DNA of 62,712 nucleotides from the sequence record DRR723986_1430. The stretch is one strand, 5' to 3'. A program made the translations under genes and the position numbers. Positions 30,436 to 40,377 of the stretch are shown here, one piece after another (position 1 is the first letter of the stretch; every line of letters begins with the position of its first letter). The notes beneath the pieces are model-generated. The model was not told the DNA's origin, made no database searches, and saw only the letters and a list, made by a program, of their open reading frames with translations.

Positions 30436-31677
30436 ATGGGTATTTTTTGGAAGGCGGTTTTGCCAATCGCCGCTGCGAGCAGTTTGTCATTGGCGGCATT
30501 TGCACAGTCTGTCGTTGATGTGTCGGCGGAGGGTGACTTTCAGGAAAACCTGCAGGAAGCCCTTATTCTTGCTGAACCCGGCAGCATAATCCAACTGCCT
30601 GCAGGCACTTTCAGTTTACTGACAGCGCTTTCACTTGATGTTGAAAATATTACCGTGCGCGGTGCCGGTATGAACGAGACCATTCTTTCTTTCGCAGGAC
30701 AGGTCTCCGGTTCCGAAGGCCTTCTGGTGACATCTGACGGTGTTTGGCTTGAAGGTTTTGCAGTGGAAGACACGCCCGGCGATGGCATTAAGGCCAAAGG
30801 CGTTGACCAGATTTCCTTTAAAGATATCCGCGTTGAATGGACCAACGGCCCAGACGCTGAAAATGGTGCTTACGGTCTCTATCCGGTTGAGAGCACCAAT
30901 GTGCTCATAGACGGAGCTCTGGTAAAAGGCGCGTCAGATGCCGGAATTTATGTGGGTCAAAGTCAGCATATTATCGTTCGCAATAGCCGCGCAGAATATA
31001 ATGTGGCAGGTATTGAGATAGAAAATAGCTATTTCGCAGATGTTTTTGGCAATGTTGCTACTCACAACACCGGCGGCATTCTTGTCTTTGACTTGCCAAA
31101 CTTGCCTCAAATGGGCGGCCACAGTGTGCGGGTCTTTAACAACAAGTCGGTTAACAATGACACGGCCAACTTTGCGCCCGAAGGCAATATTGTTGCTACC
31201 GTACCTAAAGGCACGGGGTTGTTGATTATGGCAAATAATAACATTGAAGTATTTGGCAACGAGTTTGCCGAAAACGCCTCGGCCAATGTATTATTGGCGG
31301 CTTATCCGCGTGAATATAATGATGCTAGTTACAACCCGCTGCCGCGCGGCATCTATGTGCACGATAACACTTATGGCCGTGCAGGGTGGGACCCAGATAA
31401 AGATGTGAAAGATTTGATCGCACCGCGTACTGGTTTGCCTGTTCCAGACATTGTCTGGGACGGCGCTGTTGATGGTTTTTGGTCTGCCTTTCTTGGGCCC
31501 GATGAAGAAGACCGTGTGGTGATTAAAGAAGCCGTAGGCACTACTTTTGCCAATTTGCAATTCGTGAAAGACCTTATCTTGCCGTGGGGAGCAGACCCGG
31601 TTTTTGACATTACTGACCACGCTGGCACCCGTGCCCCGATTGCACCCGTAAGCTTGGCGCAAGAAGGTGACGAATAA
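30436..31677 (+). CDS. Secreted parallel beta-helix repeat protein (TIGR03805-like)
   Basis: Signal peptide ending AFA-Q; GAYGLYPV, GASDAGIYVGQS, NVAGIEIENS, NTGGILVFDLP and NFAPEGNIV. Confidence 0.85.
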   Translation: MGIFWKAVLPIAAASSLSLAAFAQSVVDVSAEGDFQENLQEALILAEPGSIIQLPAGTFSLLTALSLDVENITVRGAGMNETILSFAGQVSGSEGLLVTSDGVWLEGFAVEDTPGDGIKAKGVDQISFKDIRVEWTNGPDAENGAYGLYPVESTNVLIDGALVKGASDAGIYVGQSQHIIVRNSRAEYNVAGIEIENSYFADVFGNVATHNTGGILVFDLPNLPQMGGHSVRVFNNKSVNNDTANFAPEGNIVATVPKGTGLLIMANNNIEVFGNEFAENASANVLLAAYPREYNDASYNPLPRGIYVHDNTYGRAGWDPDKDVKDLIAPRTGLPVPDIVWDGAVDGFWSAFLGPDEEDRVVIKEAVGTTFANLQFVKDLILPWGADPVFDITDHAGTRAPIAPVSLAQEGDE

Positions 31678-32748
31678 GTGCCTTTGTTAAGGGTGTTGTT
31701 TTCCAGTGCGCTGCTTGCGGCCTCCGGGCTTATACTGCTCAACCCTACAGCCAATGCTGAAGGGGTAAATGACGAAGCGCTTATGGCTTCGCGCCCGGCG
31801 CGCATGCTCTCTACCTACGGATTTTTCAGTGACGGCGCCGGACAAAAGCCATCGGAAGGCGTAATAGCATATGATCTGCAGATGCCATTGTTCACAGACT
31901 ATGCAGAAAAATATCGTTTCGTATATGTGCCAGCAGGTGCTTCAGCAACATATGATGACACGGAGGTGTTCGACTTTCCGGTTGGCTCTGTTCTGGTGAA
32001 AACCTTTGCCTATCCGGCAGACATGAGAACGCCGAACACTGATGTGACATTGATTGAAACACGTTTGTTGATTCATCAGGAAAAAGGCTGGAATGCCTGG
32101 ACCTATGTGTGGAATGAAGACCAAAGTGATGCCGCCTTAAAAGTGGCCGGTAAGGTTTTGCCTGTGCGCTTTATTGATAAGGCAGGCATGTCGCAGTCGA
32201 TCAACTATGTTGTTCCTAATAAAAACCAATGCAAGGGTTGCCACAGTTTTGACCGTGCAATTATGCCAATTGGCCCAAAAGCAAGAAACCTGAACAAAGA
32301 GACAAATTACGGCGCAGCCACGGCTAATCAAATTACCAGATGGCAAGACCTTGGCCTATTAACTGGCGTCCCTTCTGGCCACACACTCCCATCACTGCCA
32401 ACCATCGATGACAGTAATGCGCCGATAAACACTCGAGCCAGAGCATATTTAGATATTAATTGCGCCCATTGTCACCGTGCGGAAGGCCCAGGCTCTACTT
32501 CCGGCTTGTTCCTCACATTTAACGAGGCAAACCCAACCACATGGGGCTATAAAAAACGCCCTGTTGCCGCTGGCCGTGGGTCGGGCGGTTTAACCTACGA
32601 TGTTGCCCCGGGTGATGCTGATGCCTCTATTGTGTATTTCAGGATGGCGTCTACCGACCCCGGCATCATGATGCCAGAGGTTGGTCGCACATTGGTGCAC
32701 ACAGAAGGGTTGGCCCTTATCCGCGAATGGATTGAGCAGCTTAAATAA
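31678..32748 (+). CDS. SO2930-family diheme c-type cytochrome (TIGR03806-like)
   Basis: Signal peptide; PLFTDYAEKYRF, FPVGSVLVKTF and IETRLL; two heme motifs CKGCH and CAHCH; MMPEVGR. Starts directly after the stop of the beta-helix gene. Confidence 0.85.
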   Translation: MPLLRVLFSSALLAASGLILLNPTANAEGVNDEALMASRPARMLSTYGFFSDGAGQKPSEGVIAYDLQMPLFTDYAEKYRFVYVPAGASATYDDTEVFDFPVGSVLVKTFAYPADMRTPNTDVTLIETRLLIHQEKGWNAWTYVWNEDQSDAALKVAGKVLPVRFIDKAGMSQSINYVVPNKNQCKGCHSFDRAIMPIGPKARNLNKETNYGAATANQITRWQDLGLLTGVPSGHTLPSLPTIDDSNAPINTRARAYLDINCAHCHRAEGPGSTSGLFLTFNEANPTTWGYKKRPVAAGRGSGGLTYDVAPGDADASIVYFRMASTDPGIMMPEVGRTLVHTEGLALIREWIEQLK

Positions 32749-32754
32749 CCCTTC

Positions 32755-32802
32755 TTTTCATCTGGTTTTTCATCTGGTTTTTCATCTGGGTTTTCATCTG
32801 GG
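32755..32802. repeat. Tandem repeat, 4 x 12 bp (TTTTCATCTGG[T/G])
   Basis: Units at 32755, 32767, 32779 and 32791. Confidence 0.92.
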
Positions 32803-32857
32803 GTCACACCGTGGTAGGAACCCTTATGGTATTTTCACCGTGAGCAAGGCCGGATTG

Positions 32858-33640
32858 ATGACAAAAATTGGTATTCTTGGTTGTATGGGCCGTATGGGGC
32901 AGGCGCTGGAGCAGGCTGTTTCCAGGGCACCCAACCTGACCCTTTTGATTGGTTCTGAGCAAGAAGGGCATTCGCTTATTGGTTCAAGCGCAGCGCAATA
33001 CAGCATGCCTATTACACATCAGCCAGAAGTGGTTTTTTCTACTGTTGATTTGGTGATTGATTTTACCCCACCCGGCAATACATCAACCCACGCTGAAATG
33101 GCGGCCAAGTATGGCACCATGTTATTGGTTGGCACCACGGGCCTGTCTTCGGCAGATGAAGCAGCCCTTGATAGTGCTGCACAAAAAGTTGCGGTTATGC
33201 AGGCTGGCAATTATTCGGTTGGTGTTAATATTTTAATGTCACTTGTGCGCGAAACGGCTGCCCGCCTCGGCGAAGACTGGGACACGGAAATTCTTGAAAT
33301 GCATCACCGGGATAAAATTGATGCACCTTCAGGTACAGCCTTAATGCTCGGCGAAGCCGTGGCGGACGGACGCGGCGGAACTTTGCCTGAGTTGCGCGCC
33401 CCAATGCGGGAAGGTGTAACAGGTGCGCGCACGGCTGGGTCTATCGGCTTTGCATCCTTGCGCGGCGGCAGTGTTGTCGGCGAGCATTCTACGGTTTTTG
33501 CCAGCAGCAGTGAAACAATAACCTTGTCACACCGGGCAGAAAACCGGGGCTTATTTGCCGAAGGTGCCGTGCGTGCTGCTTGCTGGCTCGCGGACCAGAA
33601 AAAAGGCCGATATTCCATGCAAGATGTTCTGGGGCTTTAG
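32858..33640 (+). CDS. dapB: 4-hydroxy-tetrahydrodipicolinate reductase
   Basis: GCMGRMG, IDFT, GTTG, EMHHRDKIDAPSGTA and RGGSVVGEH. True start taken as ATG 32858. Confidence 0.95.
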   Translation: MTKIGILGCMGRMGQALEQAVSRAPNLTLLIGSEQEGHSLIGSSAAQYSMPITHQPEVVFSTVDLVIDFTPPGNTSTHAEMAAKYGTMLLVGTTGLSSADEAALDSAAQKVAVMQAGNYSVGVNILMSLVRETAARLGEDWDTEILEMHHRDKIDAPSGTALMLGEAVADGRGGTLPELRAPMREGVTGARTAGSIGFASLRGGSVVGEHSTVFASSSETITLSHRAENRGLFAEGAVRAACWLADQKKGRYSMQDVLGL

Positions 33641-33691
33641 CCGCCAGTTTTCAACGCAGGTTTATAATTTTGACCTGGCCAATGAAGGGGT

Positions 33692-34111
33692 ATGAACATG
33701 AATGAAGCCATTCTCGCGCTTTGGGCAGGACTACCGGTCTTTTTGGTTCACTCAGCGGTTAGCCTGGTGATTTTAACGTTGGGCGTTGCCATTTATATGT
33801 GGACCACCAAGCATGATGAACTGGCCCTTATTCGTGGTGGTAATACGGCGGCTTCCCTGTCGCTTGGCGGCGCTATCGTGGGCTTTTCGCTGCCGCTGGC
33901 TTTTTCGCTTGCGGCTTCGGTTTCCCTTTGGGACTTGGTTTTATGGGGTATTGTTGCGCTGGTGCTGCAGTTGATCGCGTTTCGGTTGGCAGACTTTTTT
34001 CTGAAAGATATTTCAGCGCGGATTGAGGCCAATGAAATTGGCGCCGCCACTTTCCTTGTGAGCATCAAACTGGCAACGGCTTTCATTAATGCCGCCGCTA
34101 TTTCAGGATAA
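33692..34111 (+). CDS. DUF350 (YjfL-like) membrane protein
   Basis: Four hydrophobic segments with TKHDELALIRGGNTAASLSLGG and INAAAIS. Confidence 0.85.
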   Translation: MNMNEAILALWAGLPVFLVHSAVSLVILTLGVAIYMWTTKHDELALIRGGNTAASLSLGGAIVGFSLPLAFSLAASVSLWDLVLWGIVALVLQLIAFRLADFFLKDISARIEANEIGAATFLVSIKLATAFINAAAISG

Positions 34112-34128
34112 AGGCAAGAGCTTTTCAT

Positions 34129-34962
34129 ATGAAACGCGGTATTGAATTTGTCATCTATGCAGCGGTTATCCTGTTTTTTTTGGCGCGCTACACCACTATA
34201 GAAACAGATTCGCCGCGGCGGCCTGCCCCGGGCCGTGCACCAGTAGACAGCGCTATTTTGTTGCCAAAGAATGCAGCATTACCCAAAGATGTTAGTTCTA
34301 CCGTAGTGGTAGATGTGAAACGGTCTGACCAAAATAGTGTGGGCACAGCGTTTGCTGTTGATAGTGAAGGCACCTATGTCAGTGCGCGGCATGTCATTGA
34401 AGGGTGTAAGCGGGTTTCATTGATTAATGCGCGCAGACGCGTTGCAACAAACCTGGTTTCAAAAGCCACCAACAGAGACTTTGCAGTTTTAAAGGTTGAT
34501 ACCTTAAAACCTGTGCCTTTTAACCTGTCCTTAAAAGCGCCTAGCCGCGGTGATGAAGGCTTTATGATGGGGTACCCTCAAGGCTCACCGGCCGATGTGC
34601 GGGCTACTGTCATTGGGTCTACGGTAATGCGGTCACAGGGCCGTTACAGCACGCGTGAACGGGTTGTTGCATGGGTTGAACGTGAGAGAAGGCCCAATTT
34701 TGGAGGCTCTTTGGGGGGTATTTCGGGTGGCCCTGTTTTAGATAGCAAGGGTCAGATAGTGGGTACAGTGGTTGCGGGTGCACCGCGCAGAGGCCGGGTT
34801 TATACCACAGACCCCATGGTTTTTGCGGAAGCGGGGTTAGCCATATCATCAGCAGAACCGCTGCAGACCAATACTCAAATCAATCAACAAAATTTTGACC
34901 GCGAGGCAGCACAGTACCGACGCCAAATGCGCATTGCGCAGGTTTACTGTGAAGTTAGCTGA
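34129..34962 (+). CDS. Membrane-anchored trypsin-like serine protease
   Basis: N-terminal transmembrane segment; GTAFAV, SARHV (His), RDFA (Asp), GYP and GISGGP (Ser). Confidence 0.85.
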   Translation: MKRGIEFVIYAAVILFFLARYTTIETDSPRRPAPGRAPVDSAILLPKNAALPKDVSSTVVVDVKRSDQNSVGTAFAVDSEGTYVSARHVIEGCKRVSLINARRRVATNLVSKATNRDFAVLKVDTLKPVPFNLSLKAPSRGDEGFMMGYPQGSPADVRATVIGSTVMRSQGRYSTRERVVAWVERERRPNFGGSLGGISGGPVLDSKGQIVGTVVAGAPRRGRVYTTDPMVFAEAGLAISSAEPLQTNTQINQQNFDREAAQYRRQMRIAQVYCEVS

Positions 34963-35116
34963 TGGTTATCAGTTCGGCCTTGGGCCAGCTTTAAGCTAAA
35001 AAACACATATTATGCTTTTAGTTTAATGCCCTTGTGTTTCCTTGTGACAAGCAGGCGGTTTTGCTAGGTGTCGATTAATGATAATTTTTTGGACAACGAA
35101 CATAGGGGATCAACAA

Positions 35117-35575
35117 ATGAAAAAAACACTCATCACAGGCTTGGCGGTTTTAACCGCCTCCATACATGCACATGCTGCGTCCACCCCCGAAGGTGTCGTT
35201 GATGAAATATTTGATGCCATGCGCGCGGGCGACGGCGCTGCCCTAAGGGCGTTGGTTGTGGCTGATGCCCGCCTAGACCGCCTTCAGCCAGATGGAAGTT
35301 TACGCCAAGGTACATTTGAGCGCTGGATTAGTTGGGTTGACCAGCAAAGTGAAGGCGATGCAGACGAGCAGATTTTTGGGGTGCAAACCCTGTCAAAGTC
35401 AGCAGAGCTGGCCACTGTTTGGGCGCCGTTCACAATTCGCTATAAGGGAGAAATGGTTGGCTGCGGCGTTAATCAGTTCACCTTGGGTAAAACCAGTGAC
35501 GGTTGGCGGGTGCTATACGGCATTGATATGCCATCAACAGAAGATTGCGCCACCTACCCGGACCAGTATAAATAA
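35117..35575 (+). CDS. Secreted NTF2/SnoaL-like protein
   Basis: Signal peptide MKKTLI...AHA; ATVWAPF...CGVNQFTL...GWRV pattern typical of lumazine-binding/NTF2-like proteins. Confidence 0.7.
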   Translation: MKKTLITGLAVLTASIHAHAASTPEGVVDEIFDAMRAGDGAALRALVVADARLDRLQPDGSLRQGTFERWISWVDQQSEGDADEQIFGVQTLSKSAELATVWAPFTIRYKGEMVGCGVNQFTLGKTSDGWRVLYGIDMPSTEDCATYPDQYK

Positions 35576-35583
35576 AATACTGC

Positions 35584-36819
35584 TTATAAAGTTTCACCGC
35601 GCAGCAGCTTGGGCAGTTCGCCTACGGTGCCGCGTGCGTGAGACATGAAGAAGTTTTTCAATGGCGGAATTTCATTCACCACAGCTAAGCCAACATCACG
35701 CGCTGCGCGAACCGGCATAATATCATTTGAAAATAGGCGGTTCAAAATGTCGGTTACGCCGATGAGCGCCGCATTATCGGCGTGTCGCCAAACGCCGTAA
35801 TTATCCAGAACCTGTTCGGAACCGATATCAAGACCAACGGCGGCGCTTTCGGTTATAACCTCAACCAATGCCGCCACATCGCGCAAGCCAAGGTTCAGGC
35901 CTTGCCCGGCAATGGGGTGAATGCCGTGGGCTGCATCGCCGAGAATAGCCATTCTGGTATCGGTGTAGGTATCGGCATATTGGAGCGACAAAGGGTAGGC
36001 CCAGCGTCCGCCCACAGGGGTAACCTTGCCCAAAAAGTCGCCGGTGCGTCGCTGAATTTCTGCCGCAAAAGACCGTTCAGGCAAGGCCATAATGGTTTTT
36101 ACCAGGTGGGCTTTCTCGGTCCAAACCAGAGACGCGCGGTTGCCGGTAAGTGGTAAAATAGCAAAAGGGCCTGCCGGTAAAAACCGCTCATGCGCAATGC
36201 CTTCATGGCTATGCTCATGCTCAATTGAGCAAACGATACCGTGCTGTTTATAGTCAAAAATCGATACGGGAATATTAGCGCTTTTTCTCACTATGCTGTT
36301 GCGGCCATCTGTGCCGAGCAGAAGTCTTGATGTTATCTGAGTGCCATCTGAAAGAGAAACAACAGTTTTCTCTGCTGTCCGTTCCATGTTGTTAATCTCA
36401 GTACCTAAAAACAGATGAATGTTATCTAGCTCATTCACCCGGTCAAACAGTGCAATACGGGTATGGCGGTTTTCCACCATATTACCCAAAGGCCCTTCGC
36501 CCAGCGCTTTATGGTCAAAATGCAAATGCATCAGGGACGGCCCGTCAGACACGCGTATTTCGTTAATTGGTTGAGCATATTTTTCCATATGTTGCCATAT
36601 GCCCAATGCATCGAGCATGCGGCAGGTGGCAAAAGCGAGCGCGCTGGCACGGCCATCATAGGCAACAGCCGTCAGGTCGCCTTTGGGTGCGCGATCAACA
36701 ATAGCAACGTCAAAGCCACTTTGCGCTAGGCCAATGGCTGCGGTTAAGCCGACCATACCGCCGCCAATTACCGTGACATCACAGGCGGTGTTGGTGCTTT
36801 TTGTCATTTTTTTGCTCAT
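35584..36819 (-). CDS. UbiH/UbiL/COQ6-family FAD-dependent ubiquinone hydroxylase
   Basis: GGGMVG, DGRNS and GDAAHGIHPIAGQGLNLGLRD; divergent from ftsK. Confidence 0.92.
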   Translation of the reverse strand: MSKKMTKSTNTACDVTVIGGGMVGLTAAIGLAQSGFDVAIVDRAPKGDLTAVAYDGRASALAFATCRMLDALGIWQHMEKYAQPINEIRVSDGPSLMHLHFDHKALGEGPLGNMVENRHTRIALFDRVNELDNIHLFLGTEINNMERTAEKTVVSLSDGTQITSRLLLGTDGRNSIVRKSANIPVSIFDYKQHGIVCSIEHEHSHEGIAHERFLPAGPFAILPLTGNRASLVWTEKAHLVKTIMALPERSFAAEIQRRTGDFLGKVTPVGGRWAYPLSLQYADTYTDTRMAILGDAAHGIHPIAGQGLNLGLRDVAALVEVITESAAVGLDIGSEQVLDNYGVWRHADNAALIGVTDILNRLFSNDIMPVRAARDVGLAVVNEIPPLKNFFMSHARGTVGELPKLLRGETL

Positions 36820-37032
36820 AAGCTTATCTCTATTGCGCTGCTGCTGTGGTGTCTAGTGCCATGCTGTCGCACGGGCAGTAACATTTAAAAAAAACACTGC
36901 CATATGATTGCCGCTCTTGTCCTGAACTATTAACAGGCATTAGAGTAGCAAAGAATGTATACGGCATGGGTTTGACGATACACTAGATTTGTGTCGTTTC
37001 ATCGGCTGAACGGGGATTAAAGGGCAAACACT

Positions 37033-39465
37033 GTGGCAGTGGCAAAACAGCAGAAGAAACCGGCAAGAAAACCAACAAAAAAGGCAAAAACAAGCGCGAA
37101 AGCACCGCTGTTGCCTCCTGCTTTTGTGGTTTTTCTCAAGAATAGTGGCTGGCGGCTTTTGGGAGCTGGGTTATTTGCTTTGGCAACTGTGGTGCTGCTC
37201 GCGCTTTGGAGTTATAACCCCGATGACCCCGACCTGAATACGCAAACATATGCCGAAGCCACTAACTTGCTGGGTGAATATGGCGCCATCGTTGCCGATG
37301 TTTTAATGCAGACCCTGGCGCTTGCGGCCTACCTTCTCATCATCCCGCTTTTGCTATGGGGCCTTAAGGTTATTCGTCTTAAATGGCTCCCCATGTTCTG
37401 GTTGAATTTAGCCGCTCTGCCGGTTGGCATTATATTGTTGGCGGTTGCTTTAAGTGTGCAAGCCCCTGACCCTGCTTTCTCTGTGCAAAGCGGCTACGGC
37501 GGTGTGTTAGGGCAGCGGCTATATTTAATTGTGGTTGAACTGATGGCTGGGCTTGTTGTGCCACAATGGGTTTACGCTGTGGTTTTTGTTCTGCTCGGTT
37601 TGCCGGTGTATGCCTTTTCCTTTGCTCTTACCAGCGATGAATGGCGCACTGTAGGGGCCACTATTGTGCGCGCAGGCCTGTTTTTGTGGCACGGGCTTAT
37701 CAGTTTACTTGCGGCGACATGGAATGGTTTCTTGATTATATTTGCTGCCATCTTCCGACGTTCGGAGGAGGCGGACAGCCTCGAAGACCGTATCGAGCCA
37801 TCGGCGAGGCCGCGCAAAGCAAAAAAAGCCAGCCCTGCAGCGCCTATTAAGAAACCATCGGTTAAAAGGGTTGTAACACCGACGAAAACCAAGCGCGGTA
37901 AACGCGAAAGCAAAGAGGCACAAAAATCGCTGGATTTGGGCGATGGCTCCAATTACCAGCTGCCACCGCTTGACCTGTTGGCACCGCCCCCGCCTCCTGA
38001 AAAGCTTGGTCGTATCAGCGCCGAGGCGCTTGAGCAAAACGCCCGCATGCTGGAAGGTGTGCTTGATGACTTCGGCGTTCAGGGCGAGGTGAACGACGTG
38101 CGGCCCGGCCCGGTGGTGACACTCTATGAACTGGAGCCAGCGCGGGGTGTTAAATCAGCCCGGGTGATCGGACTTGCAGATGATATCGCCCGTTCCATGA
38201 GCGCTATTTCTGCGCGGGTTGCTGTGGTGCCGGGCAGAAACGCCATTGGTATTGAACTGCCGAACGTTGACCGCCAAACTGTATTCTTGCGCGAATTGTT
38301 GGCGTCAAAAGACTTTGAGACCACTAAGGCCCGCTTGCCGGTTATTCTGGGTAAAGATATTGGCGGTGAACCTGTTGTGGCTGACCTTGCTTCCATGCCG
38401 CACTTGCTGGTGGCTGGTACAACCGGTTCAGGTAAATCTGTTGGTGTGAACACCATGATCATGTCGCTGTTGTACCGGCACAGCCCTGACACTTTGCGTT
38501 TCATTATGGTGGATCCAAAAATGCTCGAGTTATCGGTATATGATGATATCCCGCATTTGCTAACGCCGGTGGTAACCGAGCCCAAGAAAGCTGTTGTTGC
38601 CCTTAAGTGGGCTGTGCGGGAAATGGAAGACCGTTACCGCAGCATGTCAAAACTGGGGGTGCGTAATTTGGCGGCCTTCAATAAGCGGGTTGAGGAAGCC
38701 AACGCCAGCGGTGAGCGGCTCGTGCGTCAGGTTCAAACCGGGTTTGATAAGGAAACCGACCAGCCCATTATTGAAGAGCAGGAATTTGACTTCGTGCCGC
38801 TGCCGTTCATTGTGATTGTCATTGATGAAATGGCTGACCTGATGCTGGTGGCGGGCAAGGATGTGGAAGCCACTGTGCAACGCTTGGCGCAAATGGCACG
38901 GGCAGCAGGCATCCACGTGGTGATGGCGACACAGCGCCCCAGTGTTGATGTAATCACCGGCACCATTAAGGCAAACTTTCCAACGCGAATAAGCTTTCAG
39001 GTTACCAGTAAAATTGATAGCCGCACAATTCTCGGCGAACAAGGCGCGGAACAGCTTCTTGGTATGGGTGATATGCTCTTTATGGCAGGCGGTGGTCGCA
39101 TTACACGGGTGCACGGTGCGTTCGTGGACGACGATGAAGTTGTTGATGTAGTGACACACCTGAAAAAGCAGGCGGCGCCGTCTTATTTGTCCACCGTAAC
39201 CGAAGAACCTGAAGAGGGGTTTGATAGTCCGTTCATCCCAGGTCCATCTGCGGATGATAAAGAGAAAAGCCTATACGACAAGGCGGTGGACATAGTGCTG
39301 AGAGACAGGCGCGCTTCAACCAGTTATATCCAGCGCCGTTTGAAGATTGGTTATAATAAAGCGGCAACCTTGATTGAAGATATGGAATCACAAGGCGTGA
39401 TAAGTGGCCCAAACCATAAAGGGCAACGCGAAGTATTGGTACCAGAACGCGAAGAAGACTTCTAA
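37033..39465 (+). CDS. ftsK: DNA translocase FtsK
   Basis: N-terminal transmembrane domain, PHLLVAGTTGSGKS, IDEMADL, ATQRPSVD and gamma domain STSYIQRRLKIGYNKAA. Confidence 0.97.
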   Translation: MAVAKQQKKPARKPTKKAKTSAKAPLLPPAFVVFLKNSGWRLLGAGLFALATVVLLALWSYNPDDPDLNTQTYAEATNLLGEYGAIVADVLMQTLALAAYLLIIPLLLWGLKVIRLKWLPMFWLNLAALPVGIILLAVALSVQAPDPAFSVQSGYGGVLGQRLYLIVVELMAGLVVPQWVYAVVFVLLGLPVYAFSFALTSDEWRTVGATIVRAGLFLWHGLISLLAATWNGFLIIFAAIFRRSEEADSLEDRIEPSARPRKAKKASPAAPIKKPSVKRVVTPTKTKRGKRESKEAQKSLDLGDGSNYQLPPLDLLAPPPPPEKLGRISAEALEQNARMLEGVLDDFGVQGEVNDVRPGPVVTLYELEPARGVKSARVIGLADDIARSMSAISARVAVVPGRNAIGIELPNVDRQTVFLRELLASKDFETTKARLPVILGKDIGGEPVVADLASMPHLLVAGTTGSGKSVGVNTMIMSLLYRHSPDTLRFIMVDPKMLELSVYDDIPHLLTPVVTEPKKAVVALKWAVREMEDRYRSMSKLGVRNLAAFNKRVEEANASGERLVRQVQTGFDKETDQPIIEEQEFDFVPLPFIVIVIDEMADLMLVAGKDVEATVQRLAQMARAAGIHVVMATQRPSVDVITGTIKANFPTRISFQVTSKIDSRTILGEQGAEQLLGMGDMLFMAGGGRITRVHGAFVDDDEVVDVVTHLKKQAAPSYLSTVTEEPEEGFDSPFIPGPSADDKEKSLYDKAVDIVLRDRRASTSYIQRRLKIGYNKAATLIEDMESQGVISGPNHKGQREVLVPEREEDF

Positions 39466-39515
39466 GGGTATAAAGCGTCACAAAATGGCCGTATAAAAAA
39501 TTGACAACGACAGGC

Positions 39516-40232
39516 ATGAAAATAAAAAATATGCGCCTAGCATCTAAAATAGGATTAGTTACTGCTGGTTTACTGGTTGGCTCCGCTATGCTTACGCCTA
39601 CATTTGCACAAGACAAGCCGTTGTCATTGCCACCGCTGGAAGAGCAGGACATTTCCGAAGACACATCTCTGAAAGCATTAGGGCAAGTTCAAACGTATTT
39701 TGACACGGTCAAAAGTTTGGCTGCAAAATTTTACCAGCGTGCGCCTGATGGCAGCATAACCAGCGGCACCCTGTCGCTTGCCCGCCCAGGCCGAATAAGG
39801 TTTGATTATGAAGGCAATGTGCCCTTCCTCGTTGTGGCAGACGGTAAAACTTTAAGCTTTATTGATTATGAAATTGGGCAGGTTACTCGCTGGCCGGTGA
39901 ACGACACACCCTTGCGCGCACTGCTGGGTGGCTCTACGGATCTTGCCAGTATTGGCGCTAACATAGAAATTGCACCAGGCGGCGTGGAGGGCTTTTTGGC
40001 ACTGCATGCAACAGATGTTGCGCGGCCGGAGCTTGGCCGAATTACGGTGTATTTTGAAGAAACGCTTGATGCGCCAGAGAAGCTGCGCCTGTTAAGTTGG
40101 GCTGTAACGGATGCGCAAGGTCAATTGACAACAGTCGAGTTGGCTGACGAGCAGGTGAATGTTGAGTTTGCAGCCAAGCTTTGGGAGTTTGATGATCCAC
40201 GCGGATTGGCGAAACGCCGTCGCCCCAGATAA
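39516..40232 (+). CDS. lolA: Outer-membrane lipoprotein carrier LolA
   Basis: Signal peptide, ARPGRIRFDY, VADG and TPL; follows ftsK. Start uncertain (39501, 39516 or 39531). Confidence 0.85.
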   Translation: MKIKNMRLASKIGLVTAGLLVGSAMLTPTFAQDKPLSLPPLEEQDISEDTSLKALGQVQTYFDTVKSLAAKFYQRAPDGSITSGTLSLARPGRIRFDYEGNVPFLVVADGKTLSFIDYEIGQVTRWPVNDTPLRALLGGSTDLASIGANIEIAPGGVEGFLALHATDVARPELGRITVYFEETLDAPEKLRLLSWAVTDAQGQLTTVELADEQVNVEFAAKLWEFDDPRGLAKRRRPR

Positions 40233-40377
40233 TAGGCCGCGGTGCCCTCTGTTTTTGACCACGGTTAATTATGACCGAAAATAGCCATTAAGAACCATGA
40301 GCAGGCTGGCAAAGAACAGCTAACTGGTTTACACACTATCCAATTAATATAACGCCGATACTACGGATAGTTTCCCT

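Noticed and set aside
32755..32802. The 12-bp repeats as a CRISPR array, or as coding sequence (ORF 32595-32807 with PDEK repeats; extended dapB ORF from 32681)
   Set aside because: There are no spacers, the units are too short and no cas genes are present. The ORFs overlap the cytochrome gene, and dapB homology begins only at ATG 32858.
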